From the sequence record ON528737: a stretch of 64,000 bases of DNA. One strand, given 5' to 3'. This DNA comes from Shigella phage ESh27. Shown one piece after another: positions 28,915-38,542 of this stretch (positions are counted from its first letter, which is position 1; every line of letters starts with the position of its first letter). Made by a program: the position numbers and the translations under genes. The notes under the pieces were generated by a model. The model was not told where the DNA came from, ran no database searches, and saw only the letters and a program-made list of their open reading frames with translations.

Positions 28915-30600
28915 ATGAAAAAAGCTGTTATTCTTGGTGCTGGATTGGCAACTCGTTTATATCCAATTACTCACCATATTCCAAAAGTTCTTGTGAACTA
29001 TAAACAAGACACTATTCTGAGCAATTTGTATACAATTTATTCTGACCTTGGCGCAGATGAAATTATTGTAGTAGTTCATTCAAAATTTGCTGAAACCGTT
29101 CGAGCTTATTGTGAGCAAGAAGGGTTCAATGTGACTATTCGTACAGTTGATGAAGCGTATGGTTCTGCTTATGCTCTTGCTAAATTACACAAAGATTTAG
29201 ACGGCCATAACGTAGTTGTTAACTGGTGCGATATTATTCCTGATTTTGGTTCATGGTCTTGGAATGTTAACGCAATCTATGTTAAGGGTGATGAATGTCG
29301 ATATAATTTCGATGGTGAAAATATCACTAACGTAGGTTCAACAGGCGGTAATGTTGTAGGAATTTATCAGTTCAAAGACTGGGAATTCTATATGGGTTCT
29401 ACTGATGAGGAAATTCATGAATACTGCAAAGGACGTGATTTCGTAGAATTCCTTTACAGCAGCGCATTCAATAAATCAGAGCTTATGAATCTAATTGATT
29501 TAGGTGATATGCCTAAACTTGAAAAAGCTCATGAAGTTCGTGAACTTAATCGTAGTTTTAATGCAGTTGAAATTGGTGAAGAAACTGTAACTAAATTCGC
29601 ATTAACTGAACAAGGTCGAGCTCTTCAAAAAGATGAGATTTCATGGTATTTGAAAGTGAAATCAGATTCAGTCCCTCAGTTAGTTTCTGTTAATGAAAAT
29701 AACTTTGAAATGGAACGCATTAAAGGTAAGCCAGCATTTGAATATATTAAATCCAAATCAAGTCTTGCTCGTCCACAAATTGTTGATGCAATTTTAGATG
29801 CACTGAAATTCAGCACAGACATTTATTTTGTAAGTCCTGAAACTGTTCGTCGTGATTTCACTAAAGAATTCTATACGAAAGTTATTGATCGTTGTGAAAG
29901 CATTCAACCATTGATTGATTCATTTGGTAAAATCACACATGTGAACTACACTAAGATTGGACGTCTGAAGCCAATGCTGAAACAAGCTTTAGAACATCTT
30001 ATTCGTTATCATAACCGTTCTCAGGGACAGTACTCTGTTATTCATGGTGACCCAAACTTCAGTAATACTATGATTACCGATAACGGCGAAGTCAAGTTTA
30101 TCGACCCTCGTGGATATTTTGGTGAAACCAAGATTTACGGGCCAAAATTGTATGATGAAGCTAAAGTGCTTTATGCTGTTTCAGGTTATGATGAATTCAA
30201 CGCTAATCCGACCTGGGGCCAGTTTATTATTGATGAAACAACTTGTAATGTGACTATTAACATCAATCCATTAGTTTACAAATATGGAAAGATGAGTTCG
30301 TTTAACGAGTATCATCATTTGGCAGTGGCAATTATCTGGATTGCATTAGGTGGTTATTTCAAGAATAATCCACTTAAAGCGGTAGCCGCATATTATAAAG
30401 GTATGGAACTTCTAACTAAGCAATTACGTAACATGGGCCGTGTACTTCAAGATGGCTCTATTAGTTATGACGTAGCAGAACCTGTAACGGCTACTCTGAT
30501 TACAAAAAATCCTGGTAAATGGGTACTAACTGATAAAGAAACTGGTGTTTCCTATCGTCCAATCGGTGGCGATATCACTCATCAATGGGAACGAATCTAA
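28915..30600 (+). CDS. bifunctional sugar-1-phosphate nucleotidyltransferase / sugar kinase (putative)
   Basis: 561 aa; N-terminal GxGxR nucleotidyltransferase motif (AVILGAGLATRLYP...PKVLV); C-terminal APH/choline-kinase-like HGDPNFSN...FIDPRG. Confidence 0.7.
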   Translation: MKKAVILGAGLATRLYPITHHIPKVLVNYKQDTILSNLYTIYSDLGADEIIVVVHSKFAETVRAYCEQEGFNVTIRTVDEAYGSAYALAKLHKDLDGHNVVVNWCDIIPDFGSWSWNVNAIYVKGDECRYNFDGENITNVGSTGGNVVGIYQFKDWEFYMGSTDEEIHEYCKGRDFVEFLYSSAFNKSELMNLIDLGDMPKLEKAHEVRELNRSFNAVEIGEETVTKFALTEQGRALQKDEISWYLKVKSDSVPQLVSVNENNFEMERIKGKPAFEYIKSKSSLARPQIVDAILDALKFSTDIYFVSPETVRRDFTKEFYTKVIDRCESIQPLIDSFGKITHVNYTKIGRLKPMLKQALEHLIRYHNRSQGQYSVIHGDPNFSNTMITDNGEVKFIDPRGYFGETKIYGPKLYDEAKVLYAVSGYDEFNANPTWGQFIIDETTCNVTININPLVYKYGKMSSFNEYHHLAVAIIWIALGGYFKNNPLKAVAAYYKGMELLTKQLRNMGRVLQDGSISYDVAEPVTATLITKNPGKWVLTDKETGVSYRPIGGDITHQWERI

Positions 30601-30986
30601 TGCACCGTGTAGAAAACATGCTTAATCTTTGTTTTGATGTCGATGATTGTATAACAGAGTGGAATAACAATCGTGATTATGTGAACTTCAAACCGGACGT
30701 CGAAATGGTGTCCGCCATTAATGCCCTGTATGATGCAGGGCACACCATAACGCTTTACACGGCTCGTGGTATGAAGTCTGTAGGACCTGGTCGTATAGCA
30801 ATTGACATTCTCCCGAGTCTGATTCAGAACTTGGAAAACATTGGTTTGAAGTACCATAATTTGCTAACACATAAACCAGTATATGATTGGATTATCGACG
30901 ACAAAGCTATGCGTCCTGACGAATTCAAAGCTCTTATGAATAAAGGCGAATTCGAAACATTTAAATCATATAAACCGAATCTATAA
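30600..30986 (+). CDS. HAD-like phosphatase (putative)
   Basis: 128 aa; N-terminal FDVDDCIT resembles HAD motif I (imperfect); TAATG overlap with upstream gene. Confidence 0.5.
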   Translation: MHRVENMLNLCFDVDDCITEWNNNRDYVNFKPDVEMVSAINALYDAGHTITLYTARGMKSVGPGRIAIDILPSLIQNLENIGLKYHNLLTHKPVYDWIIDDKAMRPDEFKALMNKGEFETFKSYKPNL

Positions 30987-31043
30987 TAATTTAAGTAAGA
31001 CCTGCAAAAACCATCGCATCAATTAACGTGAGATGCAAAAAAA

Positions 31044-32204
31044 ATGAATACTTTTAAAATCGGAACGAATTTTGATTTAGCTCTTCTTGATAAAATCGTA
31101 GAGCTCAATAAAACCTATCCTAATAGCTTGATAAACGAAGTATATGGCTCTACAAGAGAAATGGCTTTTGTAGCAGCCAGACCTGATTTTAGGCTTCCTG
31201 ACGTCGACAAAAAGATGTTAGAAGACTATGTTAAACGTTGTAACGAATTAGGTATTTGCTTTAACTATACACTCAACACGATAAATCCTGGTTCAAAAAG
31301 AGAACTAGTTGAGTGGAAGAAGAAAGCTATTCAGGATTATGTTCAGTATCTTTGGTCAATAGGCGTATGGCGTATTACTATCGCTAACCCTGTTGTTATG
31401 GAAATTGTTCGTGAAGTCAATAAAGATATTGAGATTGAAGTTTCAACAATTCTACATGTTGATGCCGTAACTCAAATCAAATACTTACACGACCAATATA
31501 ACATCAAAAAGGTCTGCTGTGGAATTCATAAGAACCGTTCAGTTTCTTTCCTGAAGCGTGCAGCAGAGTTTTGCAATAAGAACAATATAATATTTGAAGT
31601 TCTTGTAAATGAGTTCTGTTCTAATGCTGGTAAAGGGTATACAACACATTGTAGCTATCGTGACTCTTGCTATATTTTCCATAGTACTGATGTTACAGCT
31701 GATGATGCTAAATCCTTAAATGGATATCCAATGCAACACTGCATTAAAGCTCGTGATACAGACCCATTTAACTGGCTGAGAACTCGTTTTGTTCGTCCTC
31801 AAGATTTGAAACTTTATAATGATATTGGTATCACTCAATTCAAAGTTTCAGGACGTACAGGTAGCACAGACTACATTTTGAAAGTTCTTGAAGCATACGC
31901 TTCTGAAAAGTTTGAAGGTAATTTGTTAGAACTGTGGAAGCCTTTAGAGACTATTTTCACTCTTGAAAATGAGACTGAGTTTTCACATACAGTAAATATT
32001 GAAACCTCTTTGTTAGATGGCTTTTTAGAAAAAAGGTGGTTCAGACATCCGGATTTTGATTGTGCTAATGAAATCTGTGGGTCAACGTGTACATATTGTG
32101 AAAGATATTATAAACGTCAATTATCTAAAAATGGGTTAGCAGAAAACTCTATATCTATTATTGATATAACTAACTCTGATGACGCTTTGAGGTACCCGGA
32201 ATGA
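31044..32204 (+). CDS. hypothetical protein with Cys-rich C-terminus
   Basis: 386 aa; C-terminal CANEICGSTCTYCERY plus earlier NEFCSNAG...HCSYRDSCY; family not assigned. Confidence 0.6.
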   Translation: MNTFKIGTNFDLALLDKIVELNKTYPNSLINEVYGSTREMAFVAARPDFRLPDVDKKMLEDYVKRCNELGICFNYTLNTINPGSKRELVEWKKKAIQDYVQYLWSIGVWRITIANPVVMEIVREVNKDIEIEVSTILHVDAVTQIKYLHDQYNIKKVCCGIHKNRSVSFLKRAAEFCNKNNIIFEVLVNEFCSNAGKGYTTHCSYRDSCYIFHSTDVTADDAKSLNGYPMQHCIKARDTDPFNWLRTRFVRPQDLKLYNDIGITQFKVSGRTGSTDYILKVLEAYASEKFEGNLLELWKPLETIFTLENETEFSHTVNIETSLLDGFLEKRWFRHPDFDCANEICGSTCTYCERYYKRQLSKNGLAENSISIIDITNSDDALRYPE

Positions 32205-32440
32205 TTTCTAGAAAAACTTTTAACCACCAACTTAATGAAGAGATTTTGACTATAAAACTGAACACTAACGAACAAATTCTTAAAAAGGCCCTGATGGGCC
32301 TGTTTGAAACTAAAGCGGCTAAAGTGATTAAAGAACCTGTTCAACTAGAATATTATGCTGATGCATTTCTTCATAGTGTTCTTGGAAGTATCGATGCTGA
32401 AGCTTTACGTTATATCAACATTGTCAAGAAATTCAAATAA
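32201..32440 (+). CDS. hypothetical protein
   Basis: 79 aa; ATGA overlap. Confidence 0.45.
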   Translation: MISRKTFNHQLNEEILTIKLNTNEQILKKALMGLFETKAAKVIKEPVQLEYYADAFLHSVLGSIDAEALRYINIVKKFK

Positions 32441-32470
32441 GCTTTACGAATTGAGTATATAATAAATTGT
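32440..32470 (+). promoter_or_regulatory. middle-type promoter candidate
   Basis: aGCTTTAc followed by TATATAAT upstream of gene 42. Confidence 0.3.
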
Positions 32471-32482
32471 ATTGAGGTAAAC

Positions 32483-33199
32483 ATGGGAAAACATAACACA
32501 ATGAAATATATCAAAGCCGCAGATTTTCAAACCGCATTTAAAGCAGTCAATCGTGAAATTTTAGAAAACCCGGAATTCGTAACTGATTCTCGTATTGGAC
32601 GTTGTAATGAAATTGGGTCTATGACCGTAGTTGTTGACACTCCATCATCATTCAAAATGACCGACCCACGTATTAATCGCATCTCTTATGAATATGCCGA
32701 AGACTTCTGGAAGTTTATGATTTCTGGTGGTACCAACGCAGAAGAAGCGTTTAAGGCATATCCTAATGTCGCTAAATTTATTTCTAAACCAAAATCAGAT
32801 GTTTTGCCGGCGAACTTCAACACTTTCTATGGTCCTCGCATTGCGGCCCAATTACCAGCTCTTCTCAAAGAACTTAAAGAGAAGCCTAACTCTCGAAGAG
32901 TTGTGTTCCAAATTCTAGAAAGTTCTGATCAGGCTTTGCTTGATTCAGACGAAACACTTGAATATCCATGTACTGACTCAGTGACTTATTATATTCGTGA
33001 TGGTAAGCTTTATACACACTGTCATATGCGTTCTCAGAACTGTGCTGTTGTTATGCAGTTGGATTTTTATCTCCAAGGAAAATTACTTCATTATATCGCT
33101 AACGAATGTGGTGTAGAAGTTGGTGATTATACTCATACCATGGTAAGTGCCCATGTGTTTGAACGTGATTTTGATTATGTTAAAGGATTCCTTGACTAA
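32483..33199 (+). CDS. 42: dCMP hydroxymethylase gp42 (thymidylate-synthase fold)
   Basis: 238 aa; active-site region PCTDSVTYYIRDGKLYTHCHMRSQNCAVVMQLDF parallels T4 gp42 / thymidylate synthase. Confidence 0.8.
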   Translation: MGKHNTMKYIKAADFQTAFKAVNREILENPEFVTDSRIGRCNEIGSMTVVVDTPSSFKMTDPRINRISYEYAEDFWKFMISGGTNAEEAFKAYPNVAKFISKPKSDVLPANFNTFYGPRIAAQLPALLKELKEKPNSRRVVFQILESSDQALLDSDETLEYPCTDSVTYYIRDGKLYTHCHMRSQNCAVVMQLDFYLQGKLLHYIANECGVEVGDYTHTMVSAHVFERDFDYVKGFLD

Positions 33200-34098
33200 T
33201 GGCTATTTTCCGCGTACCAATCTTGAGTATGCGGTCTTATGAAACTGGACAGTATGCTATCCTTAAGGATGGCAACTTCCAACTTCATTTGCACCGTGCT
33301 AATCCAGGCGATGTGATTACATATCCACGTAATGCATCTGATATTAAAGAATGCGAACGTCTTTTCCCGGAATTTAAGTTTGTTCCATTATGGTATAAAG
33401 ATAACGCGTATAACACTCGTAAATATTTCTGGTCTGAAAACGAATTTGTTGTTGATTCATTAATTGCTTATTATGATTGTGATTTTCTAATCACAGATAT
33501 CACTGGATATGACGGCGCTTTTGATGTAGAATTCAATTTCAATATCACTGCAGACCCTAATAAACCACGTTTTTATATTGACGAATTCTTAAAAACCGAC
33601 ATGTTGTCGGTTAATCGTTCACTTCAAACTACTGTGTTGAATGAACGTCAAAAAGAAGTGCTGGTTAACGCAGGTGCAGACGATAATAAGATTATCGTAA
33701 CGCAGAAAGTTATACGTCCTTCCATCATGCAGCGTCTTGTAGGTGATTTGGCTCCTATTCATGTAGATGGTATTTTTCATCCATTTCGAATTAGTGATCC
33801 GTGTTATCATTTTGAACAAGTGGTTGAATGTGCAATTCAATTAGGTCAACCGCTTTATATAACCGATCCAAATAATAGCTTCGACAGAAATAAGTATCCT
33901 GAAGAAGCGCTGATTCGAATTTTTAAACCAACTAAAACTGAGTACTACCAAATTCTTAAAGGACGTCCGAAGATTCAATATTTCGAAAATCCTGAAGAAG
34001 TATTCCATCCAGGTCTTGGTGAGTTCATCTACTTTAATGCTTTAATTTCTTCGCCGTATAATATACCTAAATACGAAGATGTCGTAATCGAGGAATAA
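33199..34098 (+). CDS. hypothetical protein occupying the beta-glucosyltransferase position
   Basis: 299 aa between gene 42 and uvsX; no recognisable similarity to T4 beta-gt. Confidence 0.6.
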   Translation: MAIFRVPILSMRSYETGQYAILKDGNFQLHLHRANPGDVITYPRNASDIKECERLFPEFKFVPLWYKDNAYNTRKYFWSENEFVVDSLIAYYDCDFLITDITGYDGAFDVEFNFNITADPNKPRFYIDEFLKTDMLSVNRSLQTTVLNERQKEVLVNAGADDNKIIVTQKVIRPSIMQRLVGDLAPIHVDGIFHPFRISDPCYHFEQVVECAIQLGQPLYITDPNNSFDRNKYPEEALIRIFKPTKTEYYQILKGRPKIQYFENPEEVFHPGLGEFIYFNALISSPYNIPKYEDVVIEE

Positions 34099-34099
34099 A

Positions 34100-34648
34100 A
34101 TGGCTAAAATTATTTTAGTAGATGGCCCGGATAATGCCGGTAAAACAACTTTCATTAATGACATAATGGAAATTAGTGAAAGATATGTAAAGATTGATTT
34201 CCCTAAACGAACAGTTGATGGACGTTTCGATGTTAAGTCTCGAAATGAAGTTGGTTGTTTCGAAACGATGTTGAATTATTTAGACCCTACTAAGATTTAT
34301 CTGTTAGACCGTGGATATATTAGTAACTGGGTTTATGGACGTATTCGACAAGATGCGGACTCGGTTCTTGACGTTTATGAACAGGATTATGTTCGTCTTT
34401 GTCAAAACCATGATGTGTTCACAATTATTTTAACACGTAACGAAATGACTGAAAGTTTTGAAGACGACCTTATTACTTTGTCTTCATTCGGTTTTAATAC
34501 AGTCATTTCACATTTTGAAGAGTTTGCAATTCATAACAAAATCCAAACGTATCAATTACTTAATCATGATGGTGCTAACAAAGTTATAGGATTTAATGCA
34601 AGCGAACGTAATGATTTGATTACAGAAATTATCAAATGGGCTCGTTAA
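34100..34648 (+). CDS. P-loop NMP-kinase-like protein (thymidylate-kinase fold)
   Basis: 182 aa; Walker A GPDNAGKTT and DRGY motif like TMPK DR(Y/H). Confidence 0.55.
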   Translation: MAKIILVDGPDNAGKTTFINDIMEISERYVKIDFPKRTVDGRFDVKSRNEVGCFETMLNYLDPTKIYLLDRGYISNWVYGRIRQDADSVLDVYEQDYVRLCQNHDVFTIILTRNEMTESFEDDLITLSSFGFNTVISHFEEFAIHNKIQTYQLLNHDGANKVIGFNASERNDLITEIIKWAR

Positions 34649-34667
34649 GAGCCTGTTTAAAGTTTTA

Positions 34668-34694
34668 AATGCTGTATAACCCTTAGTATATAAT
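34668..34694 (+). promoter_or_regulatory. middle-type promoter candidate upstream of uvsX
   Basis: aaaTGCTgtA followed about 12 nt later by TATATAAT. Confidence 0.35.
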
Positions 34695-34747
34695 CATCTT
34701 ATCTTTTAAACGTGAGTAAAATATAATGATGCCTATGGAAAAATACA

Positions 34748-35920
34748 ATGTCTGATTTAAAATCTCGTCTGATTAAAGCTTCTACTTCTAAAATGACTGC
34801 AGACTTGACTAAGTCTAAGCTGTTTAATAATCGTGATGAAGTCCCTACTCGTATTCCGATGTTGAATATTGCACTAGGTGGTGCTCTGAATGCAGGATTG
34901 CAATCAGGCTTGACTATTTTTGCTGCACCTTCTAAACATTTTAAAACATTGTTTGGACTAACTATGGTTGCAGCGTATATGAAGAAATATAAAGATGCAA
35001 TCTGTTTGTTCTATGATTCGGAATTTGGTGCTTCGGAATCTTACTTCCGTTCGATGGGTGTTGATTTGGACCGCGTAGTTCATACACCAATTCAGTCTGT
35101 CGAACAACTTAAAGTCGATATGACTAATCAGCTTGATGCTATTGAACGCGGTGATAAAGTTATTATCTTTATCGATTCAATCGGTAATACTGCATCTAAG
35201 AAAGAAACCGAAGATGCATTGAACGAGAAAGTTGTAGGTGATATGTCTCGTGCTAAGGCACTTAAATCTCTGTTCCGCATTGTGACTCCTTATCTGACTA
35301 TTAAAGATATTCCGTGTGTTGCAATCAACCATACAGCAATGGAAATCGGCGGACTATATCCTAAAGAGATTATGGGTGGTGGTACAGGTATTCTTTACTC
35401 TGCTAACACTGTATTCTTTATCTCTAAACGTCAGGTTAAAGAAGGTACAGAATTGACCGGTTATGACTTCACGTTGAAAGCAGAAAAATCTCGTACGGTT
35501 AAAGAGAAATCTACTTTCCCGATCACGGTTAATTTTGATGGCGGTATTGACCCATTCAGCGGCTTGTTAGAAATGGCAACTGAAATTGGTTTTGTGGTTA
35601 AACCTAAAGCCGGTTGGTATGCTCGTGAATTCCTTGACGAAGAAACAGGTGAAATGATTCGTGAAGAGAAATCATGGCGTGCTAAAGCTACTGATTGCGT
35701 AGAATTCTGGGGACCGTTGTTTAAACACAAACCTTTCCGAGATGCAATTGAAACTAAATATAAACTAGGTGCTATCTCTTCTATTAAAGAAGTTGATGAC
35801 GCTGTTAACGATCTTATTAATTGCAAAGCAACAACTAAAGTTCCGGTTAAAACTTCTGATGCTCCATCTGCAGCAGATATAGAAAACGACCTTGACGAAA
35901 TGGAAGATTTCGATGAATAA
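34748..35920 (+). CDS. uvsX: recombinase UvsX (RecA/Rad51-like)
   Basis: 390 aa; strong match to remembered T4 UvsX (MSDLKSRLIKASTSK...). Confidence 0.9.
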   Translation: MSDLKSRLIKASTSKMTADLTKSKLFNNRDEVPTRIPMLNIALGGALNAGLQSGLTIFAAPSKHFKTLFGLTMVAAYMKKYKDAICLFYDSEFGASESYFRSMGVDLDRVVHTPIQSVEQLKVDMTNQLDAIERGDKVIIFIDSIGNTASKKETEDALNEKVVGDMSRAKALKSLFRIVTPYLTIKDIPCVAINHTAMEIGGLYPKEIMGGGTGILYSANTVFFISKRQVKEGTELTGYDFTLKAEKSRTVKEKSTFPITVNFDGGIDPFSGLLEMATEIGFVVKPKAGWYAREFLDEETGEMIREEKSWRAKATDCVEFWGPLFKHKPFRDAIETKYKLGAISSIKEVDDAVNDLINCKATTKVPVKTSDAPSAADIENDLDEMEDFDE

Positions 35921-36254
35921 TCTCGATGATTTGAATCTAGAAATCGTTGATGAATCCCCTTCTTCGGAAGGGGAAGACATTCGCAAAGAACGAGTGTTTA
36001 ATGAATCTCTTAAAATTATCCGTTCAGCAATGGAAAATGTCATTCAAGAGATTCTGATTACACTTGAAGACGGTTCTCATCATATAGTCTATATTACAAA
36101 ACTAGACTGGGTTGATGGTAAAATCGTAATGGACTTTGCAGTTCTTGACCAGGACAGAAAAGCAGAACTTGCGCCGCATGTTGAAAAATGTGTTACAATG
36201 CAGGTACAACAAGCTTTTAATGAACGAACCAAGAAAAAATTTAAATTCTTTTAA
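35913..36254 (+). CDS. gp40-like protein (by synteny)
   Basis: 113 aa between uvsX and gene 41; start chosen at ATG after GGAAG overlapping the uvsX stop. Confidence 0.5.
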   Translation: MNNLDDLNLEIVDESPSSEGEDIRKERVFNESLKIIRSAMENVIQEILITLEDGSHHIVYITKLDWVDGKIVMDFAVLDQDRKAELAPHVEKCVTMQVQQAFNERTKKKFKFF

Positions 36255-36263
36255 GGAGTTATC

Positions 36264-37706
36264 GTGGTAGAAATTATTTTGTCTCATCTCGTATATGACC
36301 AGGCTTATTTTTCTAAGGTCTGGCCTTATATGGATTCTGATTACTTTGAGCGTGGACCGGCAAAAAATGTCTTTAAAATTATAAAGAGCCACGTTAACGA
36401 ATATAATGCAATGCCATCCATCAATGCATTAAAGGTGGCTTTAGATAACAGTTCTTTAACTGAAGCCGAATATAAAGGAACTTCAGACCTAATTGAAAAA
36501 TTGGCTGATACTCCTGAAGACCACGAATGGTTGGTTAAAGAAACTGAGAAATATGTCCAGCAAAAAGCGATGTATAATGCCACGTCCAAAATCATTGAGA
36601 TTCAGACTAATGCCGAACTACCTCCAGAACAACGTAACAAGAAAATGCCTGACGTAGGAGCTATTCCTGATATTATGCGTCAAGCACTTTCAATTTCGTT
36701 TGATAGTTATGTTGGTCACGACTGGATGGAAGACTATGAAGCACGCTGGCTTTCTTATCTAAATAAAGCACGTAAGGTCCCGTTCAAATTAAACATTCTG
36801 AATAAAATCACCAAAGGTGGTGCAGAAACAGGTACACTGAACGTTTTAATGGCTGGTGTTAACGTTGGTAAATCTTTAGGCCTTTGTTCACTTGCCGCAG
36901 ATTATCTTCAAACAGGACATAATGTTCTTTATATTTCCATGGAAATGGCTGAAGAAGTTTGTGCTAAGCGTATAGATGCAAACATGCTTGACGTATCACT
37001 CGATGATATCGATGATGGTAACGTATCTTATGCTGAATATAAAGCCAAGATGGAAAAATGGCGTTCAAAATCCACATTAGGACGTTTAGTAGTCAAACAG
37101 TATCCTACTGGTGGAGCTAATGCTAATACATTCCGTGCATTGCTTAATGAATTGAAACTCAAGAAGAACTTTGTGCCGTCTGTAATTATAGTCGATTACT
37201 TAGGTATTTGTGGGTCTTGTCGTATCAGAGTTTACACCGAAAATAGTTACACATTAGTTAAAGCTATCGCAGAAGAACTTCGTGCATTAGCAGTAGAATC
37301 TGAAACAGTTCTATGGACTGCAGCTCAAGTAGGACGTGCAGCATGGGATGCTTCAGACATGAACATGAGTGATATCGCAGAATCAGCAGGTTTACCAGCA
37401 ACGGCAGATTTCATGTTGGCCGTAATTGAAACTGAAGAACTTGCACAAGCTGAACAACAACTTATCAAACAAATCAAATCACGATACGGTGATAAGAATA
37501 AGTGGAACAAGTTCTTGATGGGTGTACGTAAAGGCAATCAGAAATGGGTTGAGATTGAGCAAGAAGGCATGAACACACCTAACACAGTAAATGAAAACGC
37601 AGGTGCTCAGATGCGTCAGGCAGAGGTGAATCGTACGGAACGCGTAGGTAAAGCCAAAGCAACACGTGCTGACCTAGATAGCTTAGCCAATGAGTTAAAA
37701 TTTTAA
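36264..37706 (+). CDS. 41: replicative DNA helicase gp41 (DnaB-like)
   Basis: 480 aa; GTG start (MVEIILSHL...) as in T4; Walker A GVNVGKS. Confidence 0.9.
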   Translation: MVEIILSHLVYDQAYFSKVWPYMDSDYFERGPAKNVFKIIKSHVNEYNAMPSINALKVALDNSSLTEAEYKGTSDLIEKLADTPEDHEWLVKETEKYVQQKAMYNATSKIIEIQTNAELPPEQRNKKMPDVGAIPDIMRQALSISFDSYVGHDWMEDYEARWLSYLNKARKVPFKLNILNKITKGGAETGTLNVLMAGVNVGKSLGLCSLAADYLQTGHNVLYISMEMAEEVCAKRIDANMLDVSLDDIDDGNVSYAEYKAKMEKWRSKSTLGRLVVKQYPTGGANANTFRALLNELKLKKNFVPSVIIVDYLGICGSCRIRVYTENSYTLVKAIAEELRALAVESETVLWTAAQVGRAAWDASDMNMSDIAESAGLPATADFMLAVIETEELAQAEQQLIKQIKSRYGDKNKWNKFLMGVRKGNQKWVEIEQEGMNTPNTVNENAGAQMRQAEVNRTERVGKAKATRADLDSLANELKF

Positions 37707-37710
37707 TAAA

Positions 37711-37735
37711 AAGGAGACTTCGGTCTCCTTTCGGG
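37711..37735 (+). terminator. rho-independent terminator (UUCG loop)
   Basis: ggagacttcggtctcc followed by TTT. Confidence 0.55.
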
Positions 37736-37794
37736 GTTTACATCTTCCTCTAGTCATGATATGATGTACTTACACCAACCAAGAGGAAAACATT

Positions 37795-38169
37795 ATGAAT
37801 ATGTCTCAAGCAATTTTTACTGCAATCACCGAAAACACAACTGTTGAAGTAGTTTCTCCGCTGGCAACCTACGTTATTCTTGCTCCTAAAACTATTGTAT
37901 CTCGTATGGAAAACATGGGCAAACGTATCGTACAAATCGTTGGAGCCGGAAATCAAAAACTTGATTATCTGCGAACCATCAAAGCTTATGAACATTTCCA
38001 ACTAGAAAAAGGTTCTCCCATCCAGGTAGAACTCGTAAATGGTGATATCGTTCGAGCGATGTTCCATCATTTCTACGCATTGAATGACCCATCTAAAGCT
38101 GTTCGTTTAATTGCATACGACGCAAACCAAAACGAAATCAACGCAGATATATCTAAATTACGTTTTTAA
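37795..38169 (+). CDS. hypothetical protein
   Basis: 124 aa; AAGAGGAAAA SD. Confidence 0.55.
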   Translation: MNMSQAIFTAITENTTVEVVSPLATYVILAPKTIVSRMENMGKRIVQIVGAGNQKLDYLRTIKAYEHFQLEKGSPIQVELVNGDIVRAMFHHFYALNDPSKAVRLIAYDANQNEINADISKLRF

Positions 38170-38198
38170 GTTTACTTCTCCGGTAGTTGTGTTATTAT
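38170..38198 (+). promoter_or_regulatory. early-type promoter
   Basis: GTTTAC-N17-TATTAT-agacctatc. Confidence 0.5.
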
Positions 38199-38224
38199 AG
38201 ACCTATCAACTACTGGAGAACAAA

Positions 38225-38542
38225 ATGAAAACCATCGATTGTAAAGCAGAATTTAAGATTTTTTATCACGGTTCAAGTAGTTCAGCTAACATCGAAAACA
38301 TGCTTTGTCCTCCTGAAGAAACAGGAGTTCTGTCTGAAACTGGACGTAAGAAAAACTTGGATCGTGTATTCTTTACTGAAGATATCGGTTTAGCAAAGAT
38401 TTATGCAGGACGAGCAGCACGCTCTTATGGAGGTGAACCACGTCTCTATCGAGTAATTTCTCCGGTAGACGTAGTTCAAATGAATGATACTAAAGGTGCT
38501 ACAGTTTATCACGCTGAATGGGCATTTTGCGAGGAAATATGA
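38225..38542 (+). CDS. hypothetical protein with HGS...Y...E motif
   Basis: 105 aa; FYHGSSSS, SYGG and AEWAFCEE spaced like an H-Y-E ADP-ribosyltransferase triad; weak. Confidence 0.5.
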   Translation: MKTIDCKAEFKIFYHGSSSSANIENMLCPPEETGVLSETGRKKNLDRVFFTEDIGLAKIYAGRAARSYGGEPRLYRVISPVDVVQMNDTKGATVYHAEWAFCEEI

